A stretch of DNA of 64,000 nt from Mesotaenium endlicherianum (lineage: Eukaryota): positions 1-64,000 of the forward strand of contig WELA01001729.1 in assembly GCA_009602735.1 (NCBI GenBank), in the 5' to 3' direction. The position numbers were made by a program, and so were the translations under genes. This document shows positions 60,701 to 64,000 of this stretch, piece by piece. The notes under the pieces are model-generated. The model was not told the DNA's origin and searched no databases. It saw nothing but the letters and a program-made list of their open reading frames with translations. Position 1 is the first letter of the stretch, and the number at the start of each line of letters is the position of its first letter.

Positions 60701-63700
60701 AGGTACCTCTCTTAGCAGCAAACAGAACATTCTGTCTTCTTTCTGGTCCCAAATTTTGGATGAACTCCATTGCATTCAGCAATTTGCATCCTCCTAGAAG
60801 CCTCTTCTTTTCCTTCATTTGCCATCCACACAGGACAAGAGGAAGAGCACTGGTGGGTGCCAAGTCAGTCTGCCCATCACTGGCTCCTCTCACTTTAACT
60901 GTACCTCTGCACCACCACGCTTCAGCTTGATGTATGTTAAGCCAGAACCAGCCTAGCACGAGATCATAAAAGCCAATGTTGAGTACCTCAAATGTATGCG
61001 TTTCAGTTAGAACCGCAATGCCAGAACCTAACTGGACCTCAATAGGCTTGGTTATAACTCCTCCCGGGATACTTGAGGCATCTCCAAGGAATATTTTTCT
61101 ATTCCCTTGGGTGATAGTTTGCAGCCTTAGCCGCTTAACTAAGTCCTTATGGATGAAAGTATGTGACGCTCCTCCGTCAACAAATGCCCTCACCTTCCTG
61201 AATGATAGCTAGCAGCTCTTTATCATGCACTGAGTAATTAATCGCTGCTGGAATAAATTTCATATACTCGTACAACACAGGTTGCCATTCCTGCCTTACA
61301 TGGTTGTAGAACTTTCTTGCTGTTTCGAGTGTAATTACTTTGACAGTTGTGGGGATGAAAATGACCATTTTTGTCACTTTATCCACGACTACCAGTAACG
61401 AATCATGCCCATTAGCAGTTCGTGGCAGTGTGACCACCCAGTCCATGGATATAGTTTCCCAGCGTCCCGCTGGGATGGGCAGCGGTTGCAAGAGACCTCT
61501 CGGTGGTGTGTGCCTAGATTTATTTCTTTGACACTAATCACCGGATTTCACATATTTCAAGACCTCTCGGGGCAACCCCTCCCAATGATAATGTTTTGCC
61601 AGTTTGCCAACAGTTTTGGCCTGCCCCAAATGCCCACCCAGTAAACTGTCATGTGCTTGACTCAATAAAAAGGACTTTATTTCCAAGTTATTAGGAATGA
61701 CCAGCTTCAGCCTGCCTGAAGTGGTTTCAGTCACCCAGACCCCTCCCTTAAGTTTATACCCGAGTGCAGTAGCACGACACACACCAATAGTGGGGCTGGG
61801 CTCAAATGTTGGGTCAGAAAGGTAGGCTTTCCTAAGTTGTTCAAGGAAGGACTTTTTCACCTTTAGTGAAGTGAGTGCACACAGGACTTTATCTACAGTA
61901 TGCTGACTAAAGTTCCTTTCTTGCAAGTCAGGTCTTCTAGAGAGTGCATCAACAGGATTCAACTTCCATGGTTAGTAGTCGATCAGGACTTGGAACTGCT
62001 CCAGCATCTGGCTCCAGCGGTTCTCCCTCCTCGACAGCTTGGACTTCTTCTGAAAGTGGGTCAGAGCTAGACGATCTGTAATCAACTTAAAAGCTTTACC
62101 ATGTAAGAATGCTCTCCANGGCTTTACCATGTAAGAATGCTCTTCACTGTTTGAGCACATGAATGATAGCTAGCAGCTCTCTATCATGCACTGAGTAATT
62201 AATGGGTGCTGGAATAGATTTCATATCTCTGTACAACACAGGTTGCCATTCCTGCCTTACCTTACCATCCTTTGTGGTTTTGTCCGCAGGCTGCAACAAA
62301 ATAGCACCCATGGCAAAGTCAGAGGCATCAGTGACCACCTGCACCGGTTTTCTGGAGTCATACACGGCTAGCACTGGGGCAGAACAAAGGGCATCTTTAA
62401 GGGTCTGGAAGGCAGCCTGCTGCTCTTCCCCCCACGCATACCCTATATCTTTCTTAGTAAGGTCAGTCAGTTTACTGGCCTTTGTGGAGTAATTCACAAT
62501 AATTTTCCTATAGTAGTTAGCACCAGACAGGGTATCAAGCTAGTCCTCGATTCTGGGTAAAGCATACTTGTTCTTTACCGTAATTCAGTTCAGGGCTCTG
62601 TAATCCACACACATCCGCATACTGCCATCCTTTTTCTTAACAAATAGGATGGGTGCGCCGTAAGGTGATTTACTGTTGGATATATAACCATTTTCCTCAA
62701 GCTCTGCAATCTGTGTTTTCAACTCCTCGCTCTCCACATTAGACAAGCCATAAGTGCGTTACCAAGGTGGCTGATTACCCGGTAATCAATCAATCCGATG
62801 ATCTACTTCCCTCTTAGGGGGTAGTCCTGGAGGCATATTAAATACATCCGTGCACTAAGCAACAATTTTTGCAGCAGTAGGGTGCTCCGGAGTGCTTACC
62901 TTTTTCTCCACCACTTCTTCAGGTTGAGGAGGTACCTCTCTTAGCAGCAGACAGAACATTCTATCTTCCTTCTAGTTCCAGCTGTCGATGAACTCCATTG
63001 CATTCAGCAATTTGCATCCTCCTGGAAGCCTCTCCTTTTCCTTCATTTGCCATCCGTACAGGACAAGAGGAAGAGCACTGGTGGGTGTCAAGTTAGTCTG
63101 TCCATCACTGGCTCCTCTCACTTTAACAATACCTCTACTCCAACACACTTCAGCTTGATGTATGTTAAGCCAGGACCTGCCTAGCACAAAATCATAAAAG
63201 CCAGTGTTGAGTACCTCAAATGTATGCGTTACAGTTAGAATTGCAATGCCAGAACCTAACTGGACCTCAATAGGCTTGGTTATAACTCCTCCCGGGATAC
63301 TTGAGGCATCTGCAAGGAATATTTTTCTATTCCCTTGGGTGATAGTTTGCAGCCTTAGCCGCTTAACTAAGTCCTTGTGTTAAGAAGTATGTGACGCCCC
63401 TCCGTCAACAAATGCCCTCACCTTCCTACCTGCAATCATGCAATGCAGTAGGATAGGGGAGACTGTCTTTTCTTGACTTTCGCATTGTTCTCCTGACTTG
63501 GCAAGGAAATGTTGGACATCAGGTGGGACACGATCATTCAGTGTGTGCTTTCTCTGGGGATCTGTATTGCTGATGGTCTCACTTATCTGTTTTCCAGGCA
63601 TGCATTGTGAATCCAGTTCAACAAGACCCATAATACCTGCTACAAGGGCAGCTAGTGACAACTTACTATCTCTAGCCTCCTCACAATCAGTAGACTGGAT

Positions 63701-64000
63701 TACTGACTGTTAATGTCTTTCAAAGGCTGGTCCTTTCTCTCGACCTTTGGAAGGTGCTTGACTGGACACTGCTCTCTGTAGTGACCCAGCTGCTGGCAAT
63801 GGAAGCAAATCGATTTTGCTGAGGCTGGTCTTGGCTTAATCCTACCTTTACCTCTTCCATAGCCACCTCGAGAGTAACCACCTCTCCCTGTAGACAGCAT
63901 AGCATTATGCTCATACTCATACTCATTACCCTGATTGTCCTCAGCTTGGTCTCCTGCAATTGCATTGTAGGAACCGTGTGGCTTTTTGACAATCTTAGGC
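57707..64000 (-). pseudogene. pol: B6 pol/gag fragments
   Basis: Chromodomain, integrase, RNase H, RT (FLDDILI), protease (FVDGGASH) twice, gag knuckle CFHCQQLGHYREQC. Confidence 0.88.

Larger units (their letters stand above)
54861..64000 (-). mobile_element. Family B copy B6 (rearranged, duplicated pol segments; continues beyond window)
   Basis: 3' LTR 54861-55580, PPT, accessory ORF, IN-chromo 57707-59362, RT 59665-60636, PR 60690-61193, second RH/IN/PR/gag set 61200-64000. Confidence 0.88.

Overview
Eukaryotic, plant/algal-type repeat-dense DNA made almost entirely of nested transposable elements; no host gene could be recognised. Contents: three Ty3/gypsy chromovirus families (called A, B and C here; all have a chromodomain after integrase), one full-length Ty1/copia element, a 4.3-kb non-autonomous hAT-like DNA transposon with GC-rich unknown cargo, and a ~460-bp TRIM. 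Most boundaries are supported by TG...CA LTR ends, PBS/PPT and target-site duplications. The most notable item is in family B: an extra sense-strand gene (~535 aa) between pol and the 3' LTR, present in four copies. It has an N-terminal coiled coil, an unrecognised Trp/Tyr-rich core domain and no transmembrane segment. It occurs as two deeply diverged versions on otherwise similar backbones, and both versions have intron signals ending in CAG|G-ATG at the start codon. Candidate -1 frameshift signals, a shared variant iMet PBS (TGGTATCGGAGC) and a duplicated rearranged defective B derivative are also visible. All identities quoted are by-eye estimates; no searches were run.
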